Shown here piece by piece: positions 1-13,239 of a stretch of 64,000 nucleotides of DNA; the stretch's first letter is position 1, and each line of letters starts with the position of its first letter. The stretch spans positions 19,107,292 through 19,171,291 of the forward strand of contig OZ316898.1 of the NCBI GenBank assembly GCA_973895155.1, in the 5' to 3' direction. Position numbers and translations under genes: made by a program. The notes under the pieces are model-generated. The model did no database searches and was not told the DNA's origin. It saw only the letters and a program-made list of their open reading frames with translations. This stretch comes from Marsupella aquatica (lineage: Eukaryota; Plantae; Marchantiophyta).

Positions 1-3000
1 GCTCACCTTTAGCCTTCCAAAACTTGTGGGCACACTTCCAAATTAAGGATCTATAAACCTTTCAATCTCATCAAAATAATCCTGGCCATTCCATGTGACT
101 TACATTTTGGTCATTTTGGAATATCCTGACTGTAGGAAAAAGGAGGAGGTCCTTTACGAGGAGAAAATGACGATCCTTTTGTACCCCTCAAACTTGCAGT
201 TGACCTTGTTTCATTGAGTGGCCGGTTACCATTTTTCATGATTGAAGCCAATTACTGAAGTCATCCAATCTGAGGTTAATATTCAGTTAGTACAAACGAG
301 AGGACCAGGGAGAGGACACAAACATAAAGCAATCATTCCGGAGAATGTAGCCTGGGAGAGAAAAATTGTGATAGGAGCACAAGACCTTCCAGACAGTTCT
401 AATATCCCCAAACTTTCAATTGGAAGATTCTTTAGGGTTTAGGGTTTAGCCTCAATCCAAGCAAGGTCATATACCATATGCAAAGTTTTTGGGTAGTATA
501 CACCCTAAACCACAAGGAAAATTGGTTTTGGTTAGTATTTGTCTACCCCTAACTATATGGAGTGTATTACTAAATTTGGTAAATATATAAATAAAAACCC
601 CCATAATTTTCATAGTTTGCATAATTCTTGAAATTGTTTCAACACCCGTATTGTTCTTCAACAAAACTTTTAAAGTTTTTTTCCCGGCCCAATCAAATTT
701 AAAAACCATAACTTATTTGTGTGCATGATGCGTTGGTTATAGAACTGCAGACCCTGAGGTTGCGCTCAGAATAGAAGCAAAAACTTGCAATTCACATCAT
801 AGATTCCTTGGTTTCCAATACACTGTCCAATAGTAAAGGGCCGTCAAGTCATGGTGAGGATGTTATTCCTATGAAAGCAAAGAAGAGAAAAGGTCTCTCC
901 AGATAGTGCAAACAACATGGCTTCGGTAATTTGTGACTCTTTATCCTTCACAGCAGTTTCCAAAGCTAATAGGTTCACAATAGAAGTTTGATTACATTAG
1001 TATTGCTAAATTATGAACCATTATGTATCCAAATATGGTCGCGATGGTCGTGGATTCACAAATCCGGTGCAAGACAACTAGTATCTAAACAAGTTGCAAA
1101 GTCAATAAGATCCCAAATGGAGTGCGATGTATTTAGCTTTGCAACATCAAGTTGCAAGATTTAGAGCATGGGATATTGTGATGCGTGTTTCATCACAAAT
1201 TATCTGAAGGCGCTGACATTGCAAGATCTTCCTGACACCAAAAACCACCTTTGCAAAAGGGGCCAATAGGTAGTAGCACTGTTGTATTTGCCTTGGGCCT
1301 TGAGAGTAGGACCAATATCTTATCTTTATGAGAAAAAACTTGTTTCTTTCATTTGCTTTGACATACTTTCTAGCAACTTGAATTGAAAACCTGTTAAAGT
1401 TTTTTCCAATTCTAGAATTGTAGAGATACTTATGGTGACTTATGGAGTTCTATGCATTTGAGATCAAATATGCATCTTATTTCTACTTTGAATTAGAGTG
1501 AGTTTATATTATGTAACTTAACCAATTGAAGTGGTAGGTCATTGACTAAAAATTCAAAGATGTTCATGATTATAAGAAGGAAGAGACAACCAGACAGATA
1601 TTTTACTTTTACATGGATGACAAGGAGCAACACAATAAGTAGTTTGTGGACCCGTTGCTACATTTTTTAGGCCTTGTTTGAGTAAGAATAATGTATGTTG
1701 CAAGCCTAGAGAGGCATGACGTTGTAGTAGCTCACTCTATTTGTTCAACTGTTGTGGCTTACTTTTTCCAACTATTGTGCCTTACTCTTCCCTTTCTGGG
1801 GTTTCACAGATTTCCCTTAAAAAAAAGAAAAAGTGTGCAATATTAACTTTAACTCAAGTTGTGAGAGGCTATTATGGTCCAAAATGCTCTGGTATCACAG
1901 ATTATTATGATGAGATAGTTTTACAAATTTCAGTGAAAGGATAGGAGAAATTACCTCTATTTTGCAATCTTCTTCTTAATGACCAGGAAAATAAGGGCTT
2001 TTAGCTTGAGTTTTGAGAGGCTAATACGGTCCATCATGCTCTGCTAGCAGACATTAAAACACTTAAGATCTATGAGATATTTTCATTAATTTAGAACATT
2101 AATTAATAAACCCAAGGCACAGGTTTTTTAACGTTAGTTGATTAATTTGGGCATTGGATGCCCAATTGGATGGCACTATACTCGACCACTGAAGTGCCCT
2201 AGGCACTCAATTTGAGTTGAGAAGACTACTTTCTCAAGATCAATTGAGGAATCCACTTAATATTCTCCACAATGAACCCTAAGCTTTCTAGTAGCTGAGT
2301 CCTGTTTGTAGAATATTTGTTGCCCGATTTGTCAATGTGTTTTCAAATAATTGGTAATTTTGGAGATTTCACTAAAGTTTGACTTTGGCAAGTTTTGAAT
2401 TAGAGGTTAATAGTCCCCCAAGCGCGGTTATCACAAGCAATTGTCAAAATCAGGCCTTTTCACTACATGCAATCAAATTCTCATGCTAAGAGAGTCAATA
2501 GTCAGCTAAGAGGGTCAATAGTCAATCAGTGGCAAGTCCATTTGAAACTAGATCAATGTCTGATCCAATGAATTGTATCAATTCATTGAGTTCAAATTCC
2601 AACCACAGTTGGCAGTTTGCCTGAATTGCAAAAGGCTGGAAGTCTTACTCCATGTGCCAGCTACCCTTTATCAAAGAATTTAGCAAGTTAGTTATTAGTC
2701 ATTGTTTATTATATGACGGGTTATATGAAAATACTTTTTACATCTTTGAATTTAATTTTAAATTGGATATGTATTTAACTAAAATGGTTACATAGTGACA
2801 ATTTTACCTGTCTTGCTCTTTGCATTTCTAAATTTTTACATTTTTTTTATGCCATGGCATCCCAAAATTTACACCCAAATTGACGCAAACACGAATGAAA
2901 ATTGTAAGTTTTGATTCACGAAACTCACAGGTCTTGTTTGTTGCAATTGTTGTTGATGTGGCACTCGCTAGCCAGGAATTTTGGAAGAGACCTCTCATGG

Positions 3001-3336
3001 GGTCCGTAGCCATTTTCCCACATATTATTTTTGTTTACAAAACTTTTGAGATGGTATGCATATGTCTTGCGCATATCTTTGACTATGAAGTTCTTGGGGG
3101 TTTCACTTCTACAAATTGACACATCACGTACAACAAATTAAGAATATGGTCATTTTATTGGTTCTAAGTGAAGACTTGAGAATTTTCAGGGGATAACATC
3201 AAGGTCTTTTAAATCAACTTTGAGACTTATAAGAACATTTGAGTATTTTTAATGAAAATTTTGGAATATTTCATGAATATTGCAACTTAATAGGGGTTTA
3301 AAAGTAATTACTTAAATTCTCTATTCCAGCTAAGTA

Positions 3337-5244
3337 TGCTATCGGGCAACATGAAAAGTGTTTAGCAACCAGCAATAAGTAGGAAAACCAGCACCACCAG
3401 TATTGTACTACCACATAAGTAATGAATCCTCTTGGAGATATAAATGTTCAACTTGAGAGTTTTGTGTGGTTTCCCAAATATCTGTAAAACTTTGAAAGTC
3501 CTGAAAAGGCAAGAGTCTTCTATGCTGCAAGGTCATGCTAAAAAATTGTGAGTCCAAAAATTAAAGTTGCTTTCACAAATGGCTTGCATGAGAATAAATT
3601 GACCATGTGTTGCTTGCATGTTTGTAATCACAATAGTCAGTGGAATTTGTTCCGTGAAATAACTTCACTTGAAAACTCATGGCATAAATTACAACACAAC
3701 ATTTGGAAAATTTTGCAATTGGCGGAATTCCTTTTTCTTTGAGTGCCATGGCCTCTCCTTATGCAAACTCAAATGCATCATCCCCTGCCTACACATGTAA
3801 AGCAATAACAAACTGCCAAATCATATTTGAAATGCAGGCTAGGGACAAAAATTATACCCCCAAACATTTGGAATTGTCAACTTAGCAAACAACCAGTGGA
3901 AAATCTACCCAGTGCTAAGGCAACTTGCTGCAGCTCAACATAAATGCCTTGTTTGACAAATTGCATGGCTAGCTAGGTGGGGAATGTGTGGTTGGATCCA
4001 AGGTTAGATCTTCTTGAAAGGCCGGTTGTAAATGTACATGAATGTTGCAGGTGACATCTAAAATCACTTGAAGTGAATAGGATTATCTTTGAAGACTTGC
4101 ACACATAAGGTACCAGCCGGGGTACTGGCCACTTCACTCTCTTTGAGTCTTTGACCTTGGCCCGGACCTTGGCTCAATACAATTTCTAGAACAAAGCAAT
4201 AGTCCCAAGGTGGTTACCTTGGGTCATTTTCCACGGGTTCTACCAAAATTGGTGACTTTTATGCTCAAACTTTGGAATCTTTTCCAAACTCTTATTTGAT
4301 ATTGGAGTTCACATTGAATTATTGGTCATTTAGGTGTGGTGGGCCCACCCATAAAATTCACAGTCTGAGATCCAGTGCACATTTACCTTGAATGGGAACC
4401 GGATTATGTTCATTCACAATGCTATGGCTTCATTTTCTGCAAAAAATGGATTGGGAGAAACATGTTGGGTTTTAGCATCTTGTACAATAAAGATGTTAAG
4501 CATTTACTCTCAGGTCTAGGGTTATGATTGTAACCATAGTTAAAGCTAACCTTAGTTGCGTGTTTGGTTAGGTTAATCATGTTGCACACTATATTCAAAG
4601 TGATGTTTGCTTGGATAGGAGTAACTAAGGTTCATTGTTATGGAGCCAGTTTAGGGTTAGGGAGAACTTGTATTGCGGAGGCCTGTATGGTTGATGGGCC
4701 TAGAGTGCAGTAAAGTTCTCATGTGTTCTCATGGATGTAGTCTCACCTGAGGTGAACTGCATATGGGCCTAGAGTGCAGTAAAGTTCTCATGTGTTCTCA
4801 TGGATGTAGTCTCACCTGAGGTGAACTGCATATCTCTGGGTGTTGGGTTGGATGATCATGAGCTTACGGTGGTGAATGTGGTCTTTGCTCAACAAAAATC
4901 ACCCCCAAAAGAGATGCTTGTGTTGTAAGGAAGGAGAGTGGACCCAATCATTTTTTTCTTGTTTTAAATTAGCCAAGGTAAGTGGCTATTATTTTACACT
5001 TTACACAAGTAGAAACCTCACCTATTGTAGATCACACGTCTGGTTATTGAGTATTTTATTTCAATTATATAGTATTTTATGACTTTTGTAGAGTATTTCA
5101 CTGCTAACTCTCCACTAGGTGGTGGAGAATGAGACATTTCTATTGTATTTTTAGTCTGAATATCATTAGCCTACCTGGTTTTTAGGTAAGTGATTGACTA
5201 AGTTTCGCACACAAAAACTGACTGAGTGGACCCTGTGCCTAACA
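3337..5244. mobile_element. Possible solo LTR (~1.9 kb) of an unidentified retrotransposon
   Basis: Begins TG (TGCTA) and ends CA (CCTAACA). Flanked by identical AAGTA at 3332-3336 and 5245-5249 (candidate 5-bp TSD). Non-coding, and the terminal inverted repeat is weak. Confidence 0.35.
4694..4833. repeat. Tandem duplication, ~69-bp unit x2
   Basis: ATGGGCCTAGAGTGCAGTAAAG...GAGGTGAACTGCAT is directly repeated. Confidence 0.9.
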
Positions 5245-6712
5245 AAGTAACAAGAGATGCTGTTGAGGTAGGGACAGAAAGTGGTCCATAGGTGCGCCGA
5301 CTGTCAGTTCGTCCTTCCAGAACAATTCTGATACAGAATGCTGACCTTGTGAGGTCTCCGAGTCTTCTCCTACGTTAGACTGCAGGATCGCTACTTTGTG
5401 GATCAGGGTCGTCTCTGAGTCTTCTCCTCATCTCCTGACTCTCATCATGCAGTCGGCGGTCAGCAACGGGGGGCGGTGCTTTTCGGAGCCTTTTTGGAGC
5501 TGTCCTGTTTGTAGCCGGATGTCCTGGGCGAAGCGTCCAAACTCTGGGCCCGGTATTTCAGGTAAGGACCTGGTCAGCTAATGTAGATCCAAGAGGGCCA
5601 TGGGGTTCTGCAGAAGTCCTGCTGAAGGGTTTTTGTTCTTTTTTGGTCTTTCTCACGAGGTCTACTGCGGTGATGGACAGCTATCCTCAGTAGGCCCATC
5701 TTCCAGTCGGGACAGCCCTCACTCCGTGAAGTGTAAGACGCGCATTCCCGCTTCATCGCTGCTCCAATCGAGAGGTGTGAAGTGATGTGTCTTCACGTAT
5801 TGTTTCGTTTTTCTCTAGAAAATTAGAGAACTGCAATCGATGAAGTCAGACGGTACTGTTTTGGACTGTTTCTGAGTAATCTCAGACATTTCATTCTTCG
5901 ATCTCGATCATAGTAAGAATGACTGGTTTCACAATCAAATTATATAATAAGTACACCAACTTTATAGAATCATCATTCATTGGAACAATCGCCCTCGCAT
6001 TTACCCGAAAATATAAAATCTTCGCCCATAGCACAACCTGAATATGGTGCCACGAATTGGTCTTTCACAACCCACAACAAAGCTTCGCAGATGGTTTGGT
6101 AAGCCTTAGGCTAAAACCACTACCGCGACGGTGAACGCTCTGCATGGGCACAAGCAGACGGGGCTGAGCACATAGGTTTTAGCACTTTTGAATTAATTAA
6201 GAATATATAGGCACATACATGCTACGCGAAATCCGATTCAAAAGCCCTGTTGCTACTACGGTTTGCAAGTTAGTGTGCTTGCTCTCTCTTGACAAAGGTC
6301 CCCCTTTGGTACTGTAATTGTCTTCAAGATTGTTGCAATCATGTCCCACCTTAACTTTACTGTGGTCTCGTGCTGGGGAAATGGTGTGAGTAGCTGCTGT
6401 GTGAATCCATCTGCTTGCCACTGGTCTTTGAGTGCTTTTCGCTCCGTCACTGAACAGGAAGATTGTGTACGCAGCCATTGCAACAAAAGAAGACTGGTCT
6501 TTGAGGGTTGTTCCCTTTTCCACGGAACAGAAGACTGTGTACGTTCCTCTTTGCCGTACATGAAGATGATATTTACAATCTTTCCTTTCTTGCTTTAAGT
6601 CCCTGTTCGTGTACTGTCTCGTCGCTTTTCACTCAGCGGTCAGTAGAGAGAAAGCATTTCTCGCTCACAAGTCACATCCAGTGGCCTAGTACGGTCAAAT
6701 GATACCTCCTGC

Positions 6713-6909
6713 TGCATAATAATCGTTGCGTGAAGTCCACATTATTATGGGAGGTACAAGGTCATTGAAATCCAGTACCAAGATTTTGTTTACATTCGCC
6801 GAAGTTGGCAATGCATAATAATCGTTGCGTGAAGTCCACATTATTATGGGAGGTACAAGGTCATTGAAATCCAGTACCAAGATTTGTTTACATTCGCCGA
6901 AGTTGGCAA
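6713..6909. repeat. Tandem duplication, ~99-bp unit x2
   Basis: TGCATAATAATCGTTGCG...CGAAGTTGGCAA is repeated almost perfectly. Confidence 0.9.
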
Positions 6910-7610
6910 ATTAGCCGAAGTTATCTCGAGACTTGATTTGCGAACTTGTCCTTAAGGGCATTAACCTGAGATGATCAGAACAATTTCAGAGTTAATAATA
7001 ATTTAGGCGATGGCTGCTCGGGTGGTTGCTTAGAATCATGATCGATGTTCACTCAAGTGTACTTGTCTCTCACACCGTCATTCTGCCTTCGTTGGAACGA
7101 AGCCGTCAAATTGTCACAGAGAGCTTCAATCCTGCTGCCCTATATATCCTTCCAGTTTAAATTCAGTGTATTACAATTTGGACGAAGTCCAAGGAGATGC
7201 AAGAAGTCCATGATCAGATGAACAGTTTCCCTAATCTGTTCTCTTACCGCCATCCAGACACTCTTATCGGCTTTCACTATGATCCCGGTCAGAAACACTG
7301 CTGATTCTAACGAGATTCTATCCTTGCACGGTTGCAATACTTCTGATCTTATACCAATCTTTGTAAATGTAGTGATCGTCTTCGATCCTCCTTCGCCATT
7401 GCAGTCGTCGTCGTCGTCGTCGTTGGGTGAACTAGTTTCCGCATCGAAGCCTGATTGTCCGGCTTGAGCACATACGCAAAACTGTACCGCTCACATTCGG
7501 CCTGTTGGCCTGTACATCACTCTGTGCAGACAAAGTGGAGGTCCATCCGGGCTTTTTAGTTTCCATTTACTCGAAAACCGCACATCATATAAGATTAACA
7601 AAATTACATG

Positions 7611-7955
7611 CCAGGTTTGACTTTGCCCATCAAATTGGGGTATTTTTGCTCTAAAATTGCAAACCCGCACACCCGGTCTCCCAGACTTGGGGTCGGTCCG
7701 GGTGTGAGGGTCAACCCGGGCTAGCCCGGGCCGGGATCGGGCCGGGTGTTTAGGGGGTTCAGGATGGGTTGGGAGGCCAGGGAGGGGTTTGGGAGGCCGG
7801 GTGTGGGCCGGGTTTGGGTGGGCTTGGGCGGGATCCGGGCGGGTCTCGACTCCGGGGATTGGGGGAGTCCAGGGGAATATTGGGGACTATACGTGAAACT
7901 GGCCATTTTGGGACCATCATTTGACTGTTTTATGTGCCTGTCAGGTTAAACCTGG
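7611..7955. mobile_element. G-rich non-autonomous TIR element (MITE-like, possibly hAT), copy 1
   Basis: TIRs CCAGGTTTGAC / GTTAAACCTGG. Flanks ATTACATG (7603-7610) and CTTACATG (7956-7963) form an 8-bp TSD with one mismatch. Homologous to 17.8-18.4 kb. Confidence 0.65.
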
Positions 7956-9408
7956 CTTACATGTTCATAGCCTTTCACAATGTGGCCTTAAATGTCTCAT
8001 TGACATGCGATACCTTTCAAAGGAGACATACCCGGCTAAACCTCTGTCTCGCATAACAGGATATCACTGAAGGACACAGACCCCACTGAAGACATACCCT
8101 AATGAACCTCCTGATGCACTGGGCCTGACTGCACCATCCATGTATTTCCAAAGGCAAGGGTGGGAAGCTTTCCAGCCCTTGGACAACCCTACACTAAACC
8201 TCTAATTGCCTTATGAAATAAAATAAAATGTACACTTGTTGCAAACTCTGTAGTTGGAGTGAAATAAGGATTGAACGAGATCTGTGTCAAATTATGTTAT
8301 CAAAGAAATGTTAGTTTCCCTGAAAATATCCAAAGTGCAAAGGGCTGCATGCTTGAGGGTTCTCAAAGGCAAGTTGGCTCTAAAGAAAACCTTGAATGAT
8401 TTGGTGTAAGAACATTAGAGTACTAGCCTGATGATTTATTGTTACTTGAAGGTAAATAGAGATAACACCAACAACAAAAATTCCTTAAATTATGTACAGT
8501 GCATCTTTGCCCTGTCTGTGTTTCCTGTATGCACTTCGTTTTCCCCTAGTCATATATAGTCTAGAGGCTTCACTCTAGACAAGACAATAGCCCACTTACT
8601 CTAGAAACTCACCCTGAACTGTAGGTTTTAATCTCGCTTTATTAGTAAGATTGATACAATTCAATTAACACAATTGAATTAAAAATCTTAAATAAAGCCA
8701 CCTCTGATCTAACTTTATGGAACATTGTTAGAGTTATATTATCAAATTTGGTATAAAATGGGGAGAAAAATTGGCTACTGGTGGGATCCAAGCAGTTTTG
8801 CCCATTTGTCCTTTAGTTTGCCTGTATTTTTTGCTTTATGGAACACCCAAGGCAAAGACTGGTGGCAAGTATTGGCAAGTCCCCTAACCAGTTAGCTGCC
8901 TCTAGGTGGCCACTACTAAAAGCTCAACTGAGCATAATTGGCTGGTACTAGGATCCCATTGGGCACTACAGTTTTGAGTGTTTGCCCTGTGACTATTTTT
9001 TCCGATAATTTTCTTTGGATGGAACAGCCAAGCCAAATTGAGTGTGTGATGGTTTTTGGCAGATAGATAATAAAAAATCAAGGCTGCTATATGGCCGGAC
9101 ACTCTTTGGCTATCTTGTCTCATTCAAATTGATTGCAATATATTTTTATGTTAATCTGGCCTACTCCATGCTTTAGCCATGTACAATTTAGAATTTAGTC
9201 ATTTTTGGCAGCCCCTTAAAATGAATTTTTCATTTCCTTATTTATCATCAGGTTCCCTAATTAAAAGTTACTTATTATTTTGAGGGGCATATTTCCTTAC
9301 TTGCACAAAAAGTTTGACCATTCAACTAGTACTCTGATAATTGATGAGTGCATCTTATATATATGCCATTGGTTACGAAGCTTACATTGTTCATGGTTTA
9401 TTGATCAA

Positions 9409-9827
9409 CAGGTGTCACCTAAAATAGAGAGCCCTGCCAAATAGAGCAGAAAATTTAAAAAGAACTTACATTGTTCATGGTTTATTGATCAACAGTTGCA
9501 AAACTTCTGTTTTGGCAATTTAATATGAAGCTATATAGCATGTTCGTTCTAAGACACAGCTATTTTAACTTATTGACAATAATGTCAATTGTATCCTATC
9601 AAATAGCAATTATAGCATAATATTCAAATGCATTAAAATAAGGAATCAAATAAATAAATAGAAACTACCGTACTTTTTAGGTGAAAAACAAGTACATAAC
9701 TTATAAGTCAATGTACCTTAGAGGTATAGTATTTTTTGGTTGACAGAAAAGTATGTTAGCTTTATACTCTAGCTTTGTACTCTATTTTTAGGCCCTATTG
9801 AAAGATTCACTATTTAGGTGACACCTG
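9409..9827. mobile_element. Small AT-rich inverted-repeat-bounded element (MITE-like)
   Basis: CAGGTGTCACCTAAAATAG at the left end and CTATTTAGGTGACACCTG at the right end; no clear TSD. Confidence 0.45.
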
Positions 9828-11084
9828 TTAGCCTCTAAACCATAAGGGTTGGAAAGTTTTTCACCAATGGACATATAAACTACAGGGCATCTCTGGTTTT
9901 CGTACTGGGTGCATCCTGGTGAGTCTGACCATCTAGTGCAATAGAGAATGAATGGCAGAAAAAAAATCTCATCAAATACATGATAAGCTATCACAATAAA
10001 ACATATCAAATCATAAACTTGAAATAATTAAAGGGGTTAAATAATTTGTCAAATTCAAACCAATACAAAGTGAAATGATACACTAGGCCAGATTTAAAAG
10101 AAAATTCAGAACTCATATGTCTAATAAGACAAAATAAGGTAGAAGGTGTTGGCCATATAGCAATGTTGGAAGTTTGGCAATTTAATATGAAGCTATACAA
10201 CTATCAGATTCTGGATTTGGCTTGAGTTATGAGGACTGAGCTATAAATTCCAATAATGCTAATTTTGAGCTGTTATTGTTGCCTTTAATGCTTTAGTGAC
10301 CTTACTACATTTAAAAGCCAGAACATGCTTAGTTTTTTAGGTACTATTCTACTAAGTAGAGAATTTTAGTAAAAGAGTTGATCCAAGCGTTGACTGGGCG
10401 TTGTCTCCATGTATCCCTGAAAATTTCAAAGAAAAAATCAGGAAGGGCACTAAGACTCTTGCAGGCATTCTTTAGTGTCCAGTGCCATGCAGTCCCAGAA
10501 ATGACAAGGACAAGGCCGAGGTGCCAACTGGTTGTACAGTCTACTGTGCATAAGTGCACCATGTATAAGTGCATTTAATGTGTAATTGCAGGTTGGTCAT
10601 GTACTCTCAAATAATATAATATTTTTCTTTGTAAATGCACCAAAAAATGTACATTGTATAAGTGCAGGTTGATGTCAGTAAAAACAAAATGGAATATATA
10701 AGTGCATTTTTATATATATATGCATTAATCAATTACTATAACACATATATTAGACAAGCTTATTGATAAGTGCAGGATCGGACAACTACAGTACACATGA
10801 TACCTCACGTATGACATAGCACATAACCTGTATAAGTGCATAAATGATACCTCAGCACTTATGACATAGTCTGTAACATATAACATGGATAAGTGCAAGT
10901 TTTGGGGTGTCTTCATGGGTAGATTCCATATTCACTTGTTCAGTTGCACTTTCAATTCAGCAGACAGAAACGTCGTTCCGCAGTCGATCCTGGTCATTCC
11001 CAGACGTCAAGCTCCGATCATGAACTAATGGAAAGTACCAGTTGTTGTACACATTGCGGGGTAAATTTCCAATGAAGGTCGAGT

Positions 11085-11190
11085 TTGTCTTTCAAATCCG
11101 GTAGTCCACCGAGACGACCGATGTGCGCTGCCAACCTGTCTTTCAAATCCGGTAGTCAACCGAGACGACCGATGTGCGCTGCCAACCTGC
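11085..11190. repeat. Tandem duplication, ~51-bp unit x2
   Basis: TGTCTTTCAAATCCGGTAGTC...GCGCTGCCAACC is repeated. Confidence 0.85.
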
Positions 11191-11612
11191 CGGCCCCCCC
11201 CCCCTTCAAACACTAACCGGTATAAAAAGAATTTATAGCTACAGAAACAGCTATTTCAGGAATGCCCAAATCTACCGTGAGCTAGACGATCGGACCCAGC
11301 AAATATTCAGGGCCGATCATCAACAAATGCAACATATATACAGCCTGTTAGTCTTTCACTTCTCACTCTATTCTGGTGACACATATAATGAACACTCTCA
11401 TCGTATATTTCTTTGCGTGAAAGAGCCGGACTACAGGATGATGATTCACTGGGTGCCTCATGATCGATCATACACAAATCTGTCAAAAGTACAGCAGATA
11501 ATGCCGGACCAGATCGCTGCAAGGAGCAGCTGGATTGGTTGATTCGGATCGAACGGATCCAGAGTTGAAGTATTATTCGTTTGAATGTCGCGATGAAACG
11601 GGTTCAAAGTCA

Positions 11613-13239
11613 TTACACCATCACCGGCCTTCCCATGTACTGCTGGGGGGGAGCTTGCGGTGGCTGGTTATACACCTGTCTCACACCTGCGTAACCTGTT
11701 TGTCCAAACAAACCACAACAACAGATGTATGTAAGAAGCCGCCCAGGGAGCACTGACCTCGTGCTGAATGGCGGGCTGAATGGTGGATGGATACAAGCCA
11801 GCTTTAGGGTCCCATCGAAGCCCCAGGGCAGACCTCATGTAAGTCATTCAACAGCAAGAAGAGTCAAGCAAAATCGGAGGACGAGGAGTGATGAGCGGCA
11901 GGGCGCACGCACCGAGTGCGGGGTTTATGCCACGATTATTGAGCTCGCGATAAACTTGACATACGGAGCACATCAGGCAACAATAGTCAGTCAAGCAATC
12001 TCCGCAAGGCTTGGCAGGGAGACCGAACTTTCGACGCAGGAGCCCTCGGTACAAACATGTGTAAGCGAAACCGCATCCGGTATGGTACTGGAGGCAACAG
12101 TAGAAACAACAACCCGTGCCGAATGCTGCTCGCCCAAAACCACATTTCCCACACGAGTTCATGTTAGCAGACTTCCACATGGTTATACTCCTGAAACCAT
12201 CCAACAAAGCAGTACACAAATGTTGGTGCTACTGCCTAGCTAGGATGTCACCCGCCTCCCAGGATCTCGAGGGCATACACAAGCTGTTGCACTTGAATCG
12301 TCCCTCTCAGCTAATTGGATCGAGTAAGGGATTCCTCGGGATGACGAGATGAAGCGTCACACCATATAAAGGAGACCCTCACGATTTAAGTCCAGTACTA
12401 CAGGTAATCTACCCGGTAAAACAGATATGGATTTCTCTATCCTAGCTGAGACAGTGGGAAGGGGTCAATTTTTGGGAGACACAGGAGATTAGGAGACAAC
12501 TTACATGTGGTGCCTTCAGAGAGTATCTCAACATACCGTCCGATCAAGATACAAGTACACCAGTGTCCCAAGAAACCTGTAACGATTGAAAGGCCATATC
12601 AGAAATAAACCATATACTAAGATGAACATCATATTTTGAGTCTTAAATCGAGGACCGACCATCTCGCAACTCCAAATCCTCTCTCTGGAACTCAAATTGT
12701 GTGAACACTGGTGATTATGATGCTGGTGGTGCGAATTGTGAGATGTAGAAGCTGAACGCTTTTCTAACCTCGGCACTTCAAATTTTTCCAACCTTATCTC
12801 GCAAAGATCAGACCAAATTAAGGATTGAAGCGAGATATTAGAAGTCGGAATTAGTTGAATCTAGCTTAAGACAATGAAATAGCGTGAACTTCCGATCCAT
12901 TGGTTTCAACTGCACCTGGCCTGATCCACTGTTTAGGACGAAAATTGAACACTTCGGCTTTATATACGACTGTGAGTTCTGGAAGTTTTTCGTATATTAA
13001 TATATAGTATTATCCACATTCATAATGCTGTAAACAGCTTCGAAAGCAAGAGGAAGAAGAATTCAATGAAGTATCTCTGATTTTCTTCGTGTCCATAATA
13101 CATGTCGCAAGCAGACGGGTGAAAGCGACTATCGAAAGATGGAAGGCTTACATATTTTGAGGTCCTCAAAGCATCCACACAACCCTGTGGACCACTGGCC
13201 ACTGTTTGGAGGAGGGAATGTTTGAATGGGATATGCCAT
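11613..13239 (-). CDS. PLAC8-family Cys-rich protein (PCR/CNR/FW2.2-like), copy A, 151 aa; exons 13239-13152, 12576-12505, 12125-11913, 11695-11613
   Basis: Manual splicing at GT-AG sites gives MAYPIQTFPPPNSGQWSTGLCGCFEDLKICFLGHWCTCILIGRYVEILSEGTTS...YTCLYRGLLRRKFGLPAKPCGDCLTDYCCLMCSVCQVYRELNNRGINPALGYAGVRQVYNQPPQAPPQQYMGRPVMV*. PLAC8 motifs WSTGLCxC, CxDC and CQxYREL are present. Exons 1-3 have the same sizes as in copy B. Confidence 0.92.

Noticed and set aside
431-449. TTTAGGG runs (also ~48963, ~52362)
   Set aside because: Only 1-3 units each. These are interstitial telo-box-like motifs, not a telomere.
1-3300. Possible decayed gene or TE coding fragments
   Set aside because: Only short ORFs with no recognisable motif, so no call is supported without a search.
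9812-9824. ATTTAGGTGACAC matches the start of the SP6 promoter
   Set aside because: It lacks the following TATAG, is part of a local inverted repeat, and no other vector sequence is present.
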